Source: Heterodontus francisci (lineage: Eukaryota). From it: 64,000 bases of DNA. The position numbers and the translations under genes are program-made. Shown piece by piece: positions 12,785 to 25,815 of this stretch. Under the pieces are notes generated by a model. The model did not search any database and was not told where the DNA came from. It was given only the letters and a program-made list of their open reading frames with translations. The stretch's first letter is position 1, and every line of letters begins with the position of its first letter. Location of the stretch: the NCBI RefSeq assembly GCF_036365525.1, contig NC_090407.1, positions 23,278,084 through 23,342,083 of the forward strand. Direction: 5' to 3'.

Positions 12785-12997
12785 GAAGCAAAATACTGCA
12801 GGTGCTGGAAATATGAAATAAAAACAAGGAATGCTGGAAATACTCATCAGGTCTGGCAGCATCTGTGCAGAGAGAAGCAGAGTTAACGTTTCAGGTCAGA
12901 GACCCTTCTTCAGAACTGACCTGAAATGTTAACTCTGCTTCTCTCTGCACAGATCCTGCCAGACCTGCTGAGTATTTCCAGCATTTCTTGTTTTTAT
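12785..12997. mobile_element. Palindromic non-autonomous element (Penelope-like inverted terminal structure) with 12-bp target-site duplication
   Basis: Arms 12817-12899 and 12916-12998 match at 79/83; flanked by tgcattgaagta at 12773-12784 and 12998-13009. Confidence 0.8.
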
Positions 12998-14832
12998 TGC
13001 ATTGAAGTATTCATGCCAGCAAGCCATGAAGTTAAAAGCACTTTATCCTTCACTTTTTTAATTTACATTTTCAGATTGTGAAATAAATGACTGATTAGAT
13101 TTAGGTAAGCTTTGTTTTTAAAAAGGTGATATTTGTAAAAATATGGCAACCTTTTTTAATCATAATGGAGAAATTTGACATTGTACAAATATAAAACTAG
13201 CTTTTCAGGGACAGTGGAGGTGTTTAGCAGTAACTATGATGTTAGTATGCTGTTAAAGACCCAGTTACACCTCATTCAACAAGGTATAACTTTTTCAAGG
13301 GTTTTTATAGTGACACTATTGGCGCAAGAGTGGAAACTCTTGTCAACTCAGATTCCCCACTGATTGCAGTCTGGGGGTCCTCAACAGTGCATCCTCTGAA
13401 GAAAAGCGTAGCAATACTGACAGTAACTTCCGCATTTCTGTGTAATTCTGTGCATGTGCAGACTCCTGAAGTTGCTGTCAGAATGATTGTAAATGTTGAC
13501 TGTTTCTCCCATCATTCCAACAATAACATCTGTGCCAATAACCCGTTGTGTGCTCCTGCATCTGCTATTTTTGCTTCTAATTTTGAGCATACACAATTTT
13601 TGTATTTAATTCTATTCATAATTGCACTAATAATTAGAGTTTGATTTTTGGTTAGTGAAGTTTCAGCTTTCAGTGAGTTTAGAGTTGAGCTGTTAAAGCT
13701 GAAATGCACCTCACTCACATTGTAAATCAACAGATTTTGGTTAAATGTCCGATTTTCCCACAGTGATGGTACATTCAGTATACCTAATGGCAAATTGATA
13801 ACAAATGACTTACAGGCATTTAGCTCCCCAAATTTATGGTTTCTCTAAACAAATCTCATTCATTATAGTTTTTTTTTTTAGCTCAGCGTGCAACAGGGCA
13901 TGGTGGCTGCTTATGGACATGAGAGTACATATGCTGAATTTTGTATATCTATTGGTTGAAACACTTAAATGTTTTGTGTGAAAACTCTGCTAGAAAACGA
14001 TAATCCTTGGGCTATTACAAAATCTGGTCCAATGTCGAGCAAGTCACTACATCCAGAAAAGTAGATGCAAAGAAAATTAAATGCAACTTGAAATCAGATA
14101 ATGGCTGGATGCGACTGTGTAAAATTGTGTACATGCAATGTGTATACAATGTGTGAGTGCCCCTGGGTGAAAGTTTCAAAAGGAAATATCAGTTTTGTTA
14201 AGCAGTAATATTTGCATTAAAGTGTGTTATAATCAGGGGCATATCAAAGTCCCTTGTGCTCCCTTACCAATTTTCTTGGCTCATTTCGCTCCTGAAGGAA
14301 CTGATTCTCTGCTGGGATACATTGGGTGTTTGGCACTTTTCAGTACGTCGCCTGAGTACCAAGCATTCAGCTCTGAGTCTCCATGGTTAACGTTGGACAG
14401 ATAGTACCAGTGGTTGAACAATCATTGCTGAGCCCAGTCCTATCCTCTGAGGTGCTTATAGCAGGGGCTTACTGGGTCTCAATCAGGAGAGGGAACCCTG
14501 TTTCCCCTCTCTAGCCATTGGGTGCTAAGTAAAACTGTAGTGCTTCCACCATCCCAGATCAAATAGATCAGTGAAAATCAGGGGTCAAATTTGAGATCTT
14601 CCAGCCACACCATACAGGATAACCTCAGAGTTCAAGTTGTAGCTACTTTTCCAGATGCAGTGACCTGCTTGATGGTGGATCAGATTTTGTACTAACTCTC
14701 TAGGATTATTGCTCCTCATTTCAACAGTTTTATAATTTCAAATTTTTTGTTAAATTAGTGATTTACTTTAAACTTTAGCAGCTGGGTGCTTTGTGTTAAT
14801 ACTAATCTTTATTTATATTTGTCATTCTTTAG

Positions 14833-15355
14833 GTTCATGAATAGTCTTGGGACGGCCTTTTCTTTTATTTCAAATGATGCTGTCACCAAAATCAAAATTA
14901 TGGAAAACTACAGATGTAGTGCAAATGGCCAGAATTATCTAACAATTCAGTCAATGGTGAAGTACGAGGTAGATCACAAGCTTGTGGATCTGAAGATGCG
15001 GGGTGACCACTCGGATTCTGGCTGCCGTACACTTCTGCGACTCCATCGTGCCCTCAGGTGGCTGCAGCTCTTTCTGGAGAAGCTCCAGGTAGCTTCTGAC
15101 GATAGCAAAACTTCCATTCTGTGTACAGAGGCCTATCATGACTCTCTGGCAAACTATCATCCCTGGATAGTACGCAAAGCTGCAGCTGTTGCCTTTTATA
15201 TGCTGCCAAGCCGAGCAAGCTTCTTTGAGATTATGAACATGGGCCCAACAGAAGAGGTTGTGGCTATACTGGAAGAAGCACTGCCACTCATTTCAAAGAC
15301 TTATGACATCACACAAGACCTATATACTCAACACGGTTTGCTTGATCTTCCTTAA
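14833..15355 (+). CDS. CPTP: CPTP coding exon 2 (GLTP fold)
   Basis: tctttag acceptor; FMNSLGTAFSFISNDAVTK...SGCRTLLRLHRALRWL...YHPWIVRK...LLDLP*. Joined CDS is 642 nt = 213 aa plus stop. Confidence 0.97.
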
Positions 15356-16871
15356 TTCTGCACTTTTGTAAAGCAATTGGATTGTTCAGCATGATGTTGG
15401 GTATTTGAATGATAGTATCTTCATACAAACTTCAGCTGCAAAATGTTTCACTTTTGGTAGAAAATTACCTCAAAATCAGTTCACCTTTTTAAAAAAAAAA
15501 ACACAAGTTGTTGGCTTTAGTTGATCAGTACTCCATTCACCCTGTGAAACTGTTTGTTAAAAGGGCTGATATTGGCCTTTCATGTGAGAGATAGATTTAA
15601 ATCCAGATTCTTTGTAAAATGAGTTTGGGAAATTTCAAACTAGCTGTGAAAGGGCATGGCCCCAAAGCATAAAACTAGTTTGGAAGTCTTACTGCAAAAG
15701 GGTGTAGGATGACTGATGTGGAAAGTGAAAAATGGAATTAGGTACAAGAAGGGATGCTTCTCTAAGGTTGGGATAGAGTATGGGAGTGTTGCTCTTCACC
15801 TAGCCATACCATAGTTAACCTGGGAATGATTGCAGACACTGCTGTCCAAATGGAAAGTGTTCTGTTCTGTAGGACTCCGACCCCTAATCTTCTTCAGTAT
15901 TTTAGGGGTGACCTTAGCTCATGGAATTGCCTGCTTCAAAACCTCTGTTTTAGCTGCCAGTGGTGTTTGCCATGCATCAGGTACAATATCTGCTGCAGCA
16001 CAAACCACTGTTGCTTTCTCAGGGAAGATTTGCTTTTTAAACACAGTATTGGTGACCTGATGATGCACATCTGTTTATATATTGAGTGGAAAAAAGCCAA
16101 GATATCATTTTGCCAGGATGAAAATGATCCTTCACGAAACTTCAACAACATTCCATTTGCAATGCCTCAAGCTCCAATGCACAAGAGCAAGTTTTTGTTC
16201 AATCTGTATTACTGACCAAAAGCATACTTAATATTTGGACATGTAAATGAAGATCTCACATATTCAATGAGAGAAGTTACTGCTCTACAAATTGCCCCCA
16301 CCCCACTATCTCCTAAAGGGGTTGACTGCTGGTAAATGGTTCCAAGGGTGTCAACAGCCTATACCTTTACCAAGTGTCAATTATTCTTGTCTGAAAGTGG
16401 GCAGTGGGTCTATTTGACTGTGGGATGCATCAAGGTTCAGCCTGATTCTGTCGCCAGTGACTTGAACATTTGCGCATTTCTCAGGGTTAACTGGACAGTG
16501 GCCAGGAATGAGAATCATGACTGACTATTTTTTGTTCCTGTTTCTCTTTTCCAAGGGTCATGAGGCAATCAGCCCAATTGCAACTCAGTACAAGCCATGG
16601 ATTGGACTTGGGTGTCTCCCAGGCCAGTGATATGTAATTGTATAGCTCAGCTAGTTAATGTGAGAAAGTCAGACATAGTGTGATGAGTCACCTCCTATAT
16701 GCCTTCTTTAGCTTTGTTATATTCTGTAAATGGAAAATTTCAAAAAGTTTCCCTCCCACTTTCAAATTATGATTTTTAAGTTCAGTTGCTCTTGGCTCCA
16801 AGCTAATTTGGACGACCAATTAAGATCACGTTCTGATGAAAGGCACACCTCCAAAGCGTTCTCTTTACAGA

Positions 16872-17092
16872 AATGAAAACAAAGTGCTGGAATTACTCAG
16901 ATCTGGCAGAATCTGTGGAGAGAGAAGCAGAGTTAATCTTTCAGGTCCATGACCTTTCATCAGAACAAGGTCACAGACCTGAAATGTTAACTCTGTTTCT
17001 CTTTCCGCAGATACTGCCGGACCTACTGAGCATTTCTAGCACTTTCTGTTTTTATTTCAGATTTCCAGTATCTGTAGTATTTTGCTTCTATT
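16872..17092. mobile_element. Second palindromic copy of the same family (single-arm copies at ~4955-5020 and ~24297-24425)
   Basis: ...gcagagttaatctttcaggtc...gacctgaaatgttaactctg... inverted arms. Confidence 0.75.
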
Positions 17093-20000
17093 TTAGTGTT
17101 CCTTACAGATGCTGATAAACTTACTTTGTATTTCCAGAATTTTCTGCTTTTGAGATCCACTGTCCTTTGCTAGTTCTGATCTGTTTACATATGTTTTGTC
17201 AGTCTCAGTCTGCTATGTGATTGAAATAGCTTGAGTAAAAGCTGTTGCATGCATCATGCAGCAAAGCCATAAGATTACTAATGTAGTAAAAAGAGACTAG
17301 TCTCCTGTATTACTTTTGCAGGAGAATTAGATCAAATTCAGAGAAATTGAAGTTCTTGTGGAACTAGAAAAATATGGTTTACATAATGTTTTGCACTTTT
17401 TAACCATATAATTTGCTTTGCAAGATTGGAAAATGAAAAGGAAATGTATGTTAGTTTAAGAATACTTGGAAAGCTTTAATTGTTCTGTGTGGAAAGAATA
17501 AGCCATTTGCTTTTTTTTTGTACCTCCCTCCTCTTTCTGGGTCCAGTTCTATGGGCACTAGCTGTTTTCCAGAATTGTCAGTCGACCCATGATCATGGAC
17601 AGTGCCTGTGGACAAGGGGGCATGACATCCGAGCCAGAAGAAATCCATGGTTAACAATCAGCAGTGATTTGCCTTTCCCAGTCCCGCATGTCCTTTCAAG
17701 TCAATTTTATTCCCTCAACTGAGAGCAGCAGACTTTGAATTGAACATTGGACCTTGTTGGTCTGTGCAGGGGCAGTGCACTTAACCAACTGACCACTGGG
17801 AAAGATTTGTTATTTTTAGCTCTTAAAGAAGAAATAAATTGCAGACAGAGAATTCTGTTAACAGCTCCAGTCTATGAACAGGTTAGGGAGAGGAAAAGCT
17901 AGTAGGCATTTCCACAGCTGCTGGAAATTGCGTGTGTGGAATTTGGGCGAAAGCAAGATCAGCTCAGCTGTGATGCTCACTGTGGTCCAAGAACCTGCTA
18001 CTTATTGTCTTGGCTTACGTGTGAATGAACATTGGTTACAGTGGCATTTTACCCCAGGAAGAGTCACTACTTCCAGGACAGGAAAGGGAAAAAATATGGG
18101 GATAGGTAACAAAAAAAGTGATTTCACAATTAAAGATGAACTTTAATTAGTTCTGTGAAAAACAACTAGAATTTAGTCTTGATGATTATTTGCAGGGGTC
18201 AAATTATTACTGGGATTTTTCCCAATCCTATTCACATATCAGCTTTAATCAACTGCAGTCTTTGACTGCTAGTCACGACCTTTGTTTTCAACTAGTGTAG
18301 GTGAATGGGTTTGACGTGCTTTTGGAGGGTTTCTGTTGTTGGTAATCCAGTTATAAACCTATAAACTGGTAATCCAGTTATAAACTTGTATAAATTTCAA
18401 ACACTATAATAACTGTTCAACTAATTACTGGACTTTAAAAACAATACTTCTCAAGCATGATTGTGGATGTTTGTAATGTTGGAAAAGTCTTTACATTTGA
18501 TCTTTGACCTGAAATGATTCATAATTTATATAAAATTTAATGTATCTTTGTAATTTTGAGTAATTATGTTCACTATATAAAAGCATTAAGTTGTGGTGTA
18601 CATCATTCTGTTTTGTGCCTGATGGTACTGTATAAACTGTTTAGGCTTATCAATCTTGGTGGGGGTGGCATGGAAACAGGTTAGCAAAGTGAATTTCTCA
18701 GCAGTGTGCTGGTGCCAAACATCATCATACAGTAATCATGTATATGCTGATAGTAACTTGGTAAGATTTATAAAGCATATGCTGCTTTGGGTGACTAGAT
18801 TACTGCAAATCACTTTATGTGAGATTAGTGTCTCGTTACATGGGCAATTCTAGCCTAAAGCATGTATTCTTCCATCAAAACCAAAATCCTGCTCCTGCAG
18901 GCCACACAAAAATAATTAGACACTGACCTTTGGTAGGTCTCTTTGGAGCCTGCACCAACTGGAATCAAACTAAAATCTCAATCTGAGTCCTATTCACATC
19001 GTAGGTCCCCGATTTTCCCTATTAAAAGGGCCAATCACCTGACACAGGATAGTGCTTTAGATACCCACAGTTAAGGGTGGTAAGGCTACTGACCTCATTT
19101 TGAGGCTGTTAACACCAGGCGAAGGCAGTAAAAGTTGACCCCCCTGAGGGTGTTTTAATAGGAACAAAGACATTGAAGGAAAATGATGAAGCAGTTTTAA
19201 CAGGTCAATAGAAAACACTTTTTAAATGCTTCTAATGGTCCAAACCTTTGCTGCATTATCCAAATGATCCAGTTCTAGTCTGGCAATATAATTCATCTGC
19301 CTGCTTTATAGAATCCTCAAAGCCATCTTTTACAGTGAGTTGCAGGATTGCAATAGAGGTGGGCAGATGGAATTGCTGCAAAGATCACTAAAGGCCACCT
19401 TGAAATCTTGTAATAACTTAAACCCTTGGGAAGACATCGCCACCGCACCCCAATGACATGTCTGCTGAACCAGTTTGACTGAATATGAGGTTGCGAGATG
19501 TGACTGCCAAGTGCCTTGCACACAAGTCAACTCGCCCACCTGCCTCATTTGGCTATTGGTGTGGTTATGTGTGGTGTATACGTGCATCCAGGATCAGGCT
19601 CTTCTCCCATTAAGCCACCCACAAGGAGTGGGACTCATCCATTACTGCCTCTCGATGTGTAAAAATACTGGGTTCTGACATGCAAACTACCATCACACTG
19701 AAGTTATTGGGGAAGAGAAAAAGTTGGCAGAACCCCAGATAAAAGTGATTATATTTAAAGATTGCCCTGTCTGACATTACTTGTTTGAGGATTTTGTTAA
19801 GGGTTGACAATTTGTCAGTCATAGAGAGATACAGCACTGAAACAGGCCCTTCGGCCCACCAATTCTGTGCTTACCAACACCACCCATTTATACTAATCCT
19901 ACATTAACCCCATATTCCCTACCACATCCCCACCTTCCCTATATATGTTTGTATATTCATGATAATCCAAAATGTGTAAGGATTATAACTATATCATGTA

Positions 20001-20774
20001 ATTGAATATGCAGCCAGTAGATGGTGCAATTTATTTGGTAAGCACCCAGATGAATAGGGAATCTGAAGATAAATGCAGAGATAATGATCTTGTGAAAAGA
20101 GCAGATTCTATTCTGCTTTATTCAAAGCCAGTTTCACACACAATGAAGGTGAAATTAAACTGTATTCACTCTGGAGTGCACAGATAGGAATAATGATCCC
20201 AGTTGCTCTAATGGCTCACTGAGCAAAGTGAGGAAATTGTTCAATTCATAATTCAGCTGTGATGCCCTAAGACAAAATAGACAGATAAAACTGCCCATTC
20301 TGACATTAAAAATGAAGTACAAGGTTGCTGTGAGTTGCCAGCTTCACTGGAACTGTACATCTGTATGAGAGAGTGCCTTACGAAAATGAAGAAAATTAGA
20401 AGAAAACAAATAATGCTGAAATCATGGGAAAAGTATCACTTCCAAATCTCCCTTCAAGTCACACACACCTTCCTGACTTGGACATAGATCACTGTTTCTT
20501 CATCACCATTAGGTCATAATCCTGGCATTCCCTCCCTAATACTATGGTGGGAGAACCATAACCACATGGACGACAGTGGTTCATGAAGAAGCCTCACCTG
20601 AACATTTGGGTAACGAGGGACAAGCAATAAATGTGGCTTTGTCCTGCCCATATCCTGAGATCAAAATATATCAAATAAAATGGGTTGTAGTAAGAAATAG
20701 ATGCAAATTGAGAGATGTATAAGAATAGTATCGTTCAAATTATTGGGTGGCACTCAAATACAAAAAGTAGCCCA

Positions 20775-21020
20775 ATGGCTCAGTTTGTAAAGTCAATATG
20801 TGTCTCAGCAGTGCAAACCAGGGGGTCTTAGGTTTAATTCCCAGTCTGTGCTAAGTTAGCTGATCTTATCCGAGAGGACAGTGGAGACACTAAAATTAGC
20901 TTCCACGCTCTTGGGGTAAGGTTGGAAAAATCAACCAGTGTTCCTGATCAGTATCCATTGAGTCCTGTTGAAAAGTGCACTTGAGGTGAAAATCGTATGG
21001 AGCTTGGCTATGATGCCTCC
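20775..21020 (+). mobile_element. LF-SINE-like element (further degraded copies ~3440-3660, 5640-5930, 14300-14620, 16330-16660, 17500-17800, 50230-50500)
   Basis: Recurrent head cagtctgtgctaagttagctgatct and core atcc.t(t)ga...ctgttg.aaagtg. Confidence 0.55.
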
Positions 21021-22022
21021 TGAGATGACATCTACACAAGGGACCGCATGTCCCTCTGGAAGATGCTATCTCTGACCATGTAGCACTCCTTCAGTGCTAC
21101 ACTGAAGTGTTAGTCTAGATTGTGTGCCCAAGTCCTGTATTGGAGTTGAACCTATGACCTTCTGACTCAGACAGGAATGCTGATAATTGAGCCAAGCTAA
21201 CACCACAAGACCTCTTCTATTTGATCATAGAACATAGGATCCCAGAACACTATGTTTTGGTCATCACTTAACACTCAACAAACACAAATGAAACATTGTC
21301 TTGTCATTTATCTCACTCTTGTTTATGGAAGCTTGCTGGGTGCATATTGGCTGTTGTGTTTGCCAACATAGCAACAGTTACTATATGTCAAAAGTAATTA
21401 ATTGGCTGTAAAGTATTTTGGGATGCCAAGCTCTTGAAAGGCACTATAGAAATGCAAGTTTCTTTGTTAGTTTGTACTTGTATACTTGCTAGCAATGGCC
21501 ATGGGATAACAGATAGATGCCCTGGCTGACTTTTTCCTTCCCCTAGCTGAAGCATCCTGAGACAGATAGTAAGATCTCTATCTCTATTCTTCCTGAAATC
21601 AGTTACCTCATCCCAGACTAGGGATCTAGGGTCTTCCTGGTCTGGTCTATATATCTTAATAACACACTGGGTGATGTATTTATGCAGTAGGTCATTAGCG
21701 GATCTGACAATCAATTATTATTGTGCTTCTTCATTTAACAGTAGATCTGCAAAGATGTTGTGGTAGCGGTTATCTTTCCCTAACTCTGGCATGAAAATCT
21801 TGTTAGTCTTGTGAACCAGAACTTATACACTTAACAAAAGTTTTTTTTGAGAAGTAAATGTTCTATCAGAGTTTACAAATTATTACAAAATTGGGAGATT
21901 AGTGTGTTGGAAAACAGGACAATAAACATAAACATTCCCAAACGATGGAGATGACGAAGAATAGCAACTTTTTACCTCCCAACCTTTGATCCTCAATGAT
22001 CTATGACGTTTTCATAATTTTT

Positions 22023-24293
22023 ATAGTGGGGATTCAGCGATGGTAATGCCATTGAATGTCAAGGGGAGATAGTTAGATTCTCTCTTGTTGGAGATGGTCA
22101 TTGCCTGGCACTTGTGTGGCGCGAATGTTACTTGCCACTTATCAGCCCAAGCCTGGATATTGTCCAGGTCTTGCTGCATTTCTACACGGACTGCTTCAGT
22201 ATCTGAGGAGTCACGAATTGTGCTGAACATTGTGCAATCATCAGCGAACATCCCCACTTCTGACCTTATGATTGATGGTAGGTCATTGATGAAGTAGCTG
22301 AAGATGGCTGGGCCTAGGACACTACCCTGAGGAACTCCTGCAGTGATGTCCTGGAGCTCAGATGATTGACCTCCAACAACCACAACCATCTTCCTTTGCG
22401 CTAGGTATGACTCCAGCCAGCGGAGGGTTTTCCCCCTGATTCCCATTGACCTCAGTTTTGCTAGGGTTCCTTGATGCCATACTCGGTCAAATGCTGCCTT
22501 GATGTCAAGGGCAGTCACTCTCACCTCACCTCTTGAGTTCAGTTCTTTTGTCCATGTTTGAACCAAGGCTGTAATGAGGTCAGGAGCTGAGTGGCCCTGG
22601 TGGAACCCAAACTGAGCGTCATTGAGCAGGTTATTGCTAAGCAAGTGCCGCTTGATGGCACTATTGATGACACCTTCCATCACTTTACTGATGATTGAGA
22701 GTAGGCTGATGGGGTGGTAATTGGCCAGGTTGCACTTGTTCTGCTTTTTGTGTACAGGACATACCTGGGCAATTTTCCACATTGCAGGGTGGATGCCAGT
22801 GTTGTAGCTGTACTGGAACTGCTTGGCTAGGGGTGTGGAAAGTTCTGGAGCACAGGTCTTCAGTACTATTGCCGGAATATTGTCAGGGCCCATAGCTTTT
22901 GCAGTATCCAGTGCCTTCAGTCGTTTCTTGATATCACGCGGAGTGAATCGAATTGGCTGAAGTCTGGCATCTGTGATGCTGGGGACTTCAGGAGGAGGCC
23001 AAGATGGATCATCAACTCAGCACTTCTGGCTGAAGATTGTTGCAAATGCTTCAGCCTTATCTTTCCCACTGATGTGCTGGGCTCCCCCATCATTGAGGAT
23101 GGGGATATTTGTGGAACCACCTCCTCCAGTTAGTTGTTTAATTGTCCACCACCATTTACGGCTGGATGTGGCAGGACTGCAGAGCTTAGATCTGATCCAT
23201 TGGTTATGGGATCGCTTAGCTCTGTCTATTGCATGCTGCTTATGCAGTTTGGCACGCAGATAGTCCTGTGTTGTAGCTTCACCAGGTTGACACCTCATTT
23301 TGAGGTATGCCTCGTGCTGCTCCTGGCATGCCCTCCTGCACTCCATTGAATAGGGTTGGTCTCCTGGCTTGATGGTAATGGTAGAGTGGGGGATATGCCA
23401 GACCATGAGGTTACAGATTGTGATTGAGTACAATTCTGCTGCTGCTGATAGCTCACAGCGCCTCATGGATGCCCAGTTTTGCATTGCTAGATCTGTTCAA
23501 AATCTATCCCATTTAGCATGATGATAATGCCACACAACACGATGGACGGTATTCTCAATGTGAAGGCGTAACTTTGTCTCCACAAGGACTGTGCGGTGGT
23601 CACTCCTACCAATACAGTCATGGACAGAAGCATCTGTGGCAGGCAGATTGGTGAGGACGAGGTCAAGTATGTTTTTCCCTCGTGTTGGTTCCCTCACCAC
23701 CTGCCGCAGACCCAGTCTAGCAGCTATGTCCTTTAGGACTCGGCCAGCTCGGTCAGTAGTGGTGCTACCGAGCCACTCTTGGTGATGGACATTGAAGTCC
23801 CCCACCCAGAGTACATTTTGTGCCCTTGCCACCCTCAGTGCTTCCTCCAAGTGGTGTTCAACATGGAGCAGTACTGACTCATCAGCTGAGGGAGGGCGGT
23901 AGGTGGTAATCAGTAGGAGGTTACCTTGCCCATGTTTGACCTGATGCCATGAGACTTCATGGGGTCCGGAGTCGATGTTGAGGACTCCCAGGGCAACTCC
24001 CTCCCTACTGTATACCACTGTGCCACCACCTCTACTGGGTATGTCCTGCCGGTGGGACAGGACATACCCGGGGATGGTGATGGTAGTGTCTGGGCCATTG
24101 TCTGTAAGGTATGATTCCGTGAGTATGACTATGTCAGGCTGTTGCTTGACTAGTCTGTAGGACAGCTCTCCCAACTTTGGCACAAGCCCCCAGATGTTAG
24201 TAAGGAGGACTTTGCAGGATCAACAGGGCTGGGTTTGCCGTTGTCATTTCCGGTGCCTAGGTCAATGCCGGGTGGTCTGTCCAGTTTCATTCC
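22023..24293 (-). mobile_element. CR1-group LINE ORF2 (APE endonuclease plus RT), lacking its 3' end
   Basis: ORF 23497..24183 (ILTESYL, YRPP, GDFN, LDLV, SDH), and ORF 22021..22893 (ALDIKAAFDRV, GVPQGSVLGP, FADD). Confidence 0.93.
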
Positions 24294-24599
24294 AAAATGA
24301 AAGGTCAATGGCCTGAACCATTAACTCTATTTCTCTCTCCACAGATGCTGCCTGACCTGCTGAGTATTTCCAGCATTTTCTGTTTTTGCTTCAGATTTCC
24401 TGCATCTGCAGTATTTTGGGTTTGTATTTTCTATCTAAATACAAATTGTTATTTTTGGCGTTTCCGAAATTTGTACAGCTATTCACTGAAGTTAAACGTA
24501 AATCCACGTTATTAGGTATTAAAGAGATAACGGAATCCCCAGATATATACACACGGGAAAAAGATACTGCAGCGTTGCCTCTAATAATGGAGACATATT

Positions 24600-24760
24600 A
24601 CCCAAAATTCCCAGCGCGGCAGAAAGTCCTCTATCTGCAGTGGGCAGAATGTGTGCATTGCGCATGTCCGGAAGTGGATTCCAAGCAGGGCGTGGTGACG
24701 TTGCATTCTGGGTGGGAGCTGCAGCAAACAAGCAGGACATTTCTGGAGCCGTTGCAGACA
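24600..24760 (+). promoter_or_regulatory. CpG promoter of the zinc-finger gene
   Basis: NRF1-like TGCGCATG (24659-24666) abutting ETS CCGGAAGT (24668-24675), CRE-like gtgacgt, followed by ATGGCAG|GTAAAA. Confidence 0.7.
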
Positions 24761-24767
24761 ATGGCAG
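24761..24767 (+). CDS. C2H2 zinc-finger gene, predicted first coding exon (MA)
   Basis: acaATGGCAG|gtaaaa; phase 1, in frame with both downstream exons. Confidence 0.6.
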
Positions 24768-25454
24768 GTAAAACCCTTCTTCAGTGTTACCAGCTGTGGA
24801 CAAGCTGGGCTTCCAATTTACAACAGTGTAATAGTGTTATTTTTTTGAATGTTATAAATTATTTTGGCTTCTTCTTCCTTAAAGCAACAGACTAATTTTT
24901 TGCATTATATTTTATTTCATTTGTTTCCAGATGCATAGAATTTACAGCACAGAAACAGGCCATTGGGCCCAACTGCCCTATGCTGGTGTTTATGATCCAT
25001 ACCAGCCTCCTCCCATTCTACTACATCTCACCCTCTCAGGATAACATTCTGTTCCTTTCTCCTTCATGTGTTTATCCAGCTTCCCCTTAAATACATGTAA
25101 TTTGAGCCTGTCCCTTTTCTGAGTGTTCCTGTGCCACTCAGCACCCAGATCCCAGGGTGAGCAATTCCTGTCGTGGAATTCTCCCACATGTCTGTCCGGA
25201 CCCATTCTCAAAGCAATTATTAGAGGAGTTTGTAAGAGAGCCAAATTGACCAGATTTCATTCTGTTTATAGTCAGCTCGTTTCGGTAGGAGAGAAGTGGT
25301 AAAATTATTCTGTGCTGTAGGATTAAGGAGGACAAAATTTGGCTCGAATTCCCAGTCCTGATTCTAGTGACTCTAACAGGAAGGTATGTACCAGCTGAAT
25401 ACGGGACCATGCTTGGACATGATGCCCTCCTGACAGTCAAGTCATCAGGGCAGG

Positions 25455-25815
25455 TGGTGGCGTAGTGGTAGTGTCACTGAATTAGTAATCCAGAGGCCCA
25501 GCTTAATGCCCTTGGACAATGATTCAAATCCCATCATGGCATCTGGTGGAAGTTAAATTCAAATAATTAATAAAAATCTGGAATGGGTAATGATGCCATG
25601 AAGCTATCATCGATTGTTGTAAAAACCCATTTGTTTTACAAATGTCCTTTAGGGAAGGAAATCTGATGTCCTTACCTGGTCTGACGTACATCTGACTGCA
25701 GACCCACAGCAATATGATTGACTAACTTCCCCCTGAAATAGTCTAGCCAGTCACTCAGTTGTGAAGGGCAATTGGGGATGGGCAACTTGCCAGCGATGCC
25801 CACATCCCATGAAAG
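25455..25815 (+). mobile_element. tRNA-derived SINE with LINE-derived tail
   Basis: A-box-like gtggcgtagtggta, B-box-like gattcaaatccc, tail aagggcaattggggatgggc...cacatcccatgaa. Confidence 0.8.

Noticed and set aside
18341-18385. Short tandem duplication of ggtaatccagttataaac
   Set aside because: Ordinary slippage duplication with no further structure.
20012-20027. CTCF-like CCAGTAGATGGTGC between CPTP and the ZNF gene
   Set aside because: Single imperfect motif; cannot be separated from background without ChIP or conservation data.
24386-24895. 169-aa ORF across the ZNF promoter
   Set aside because: Starts in a repeat arm and reads through promoter and intron; no domain.
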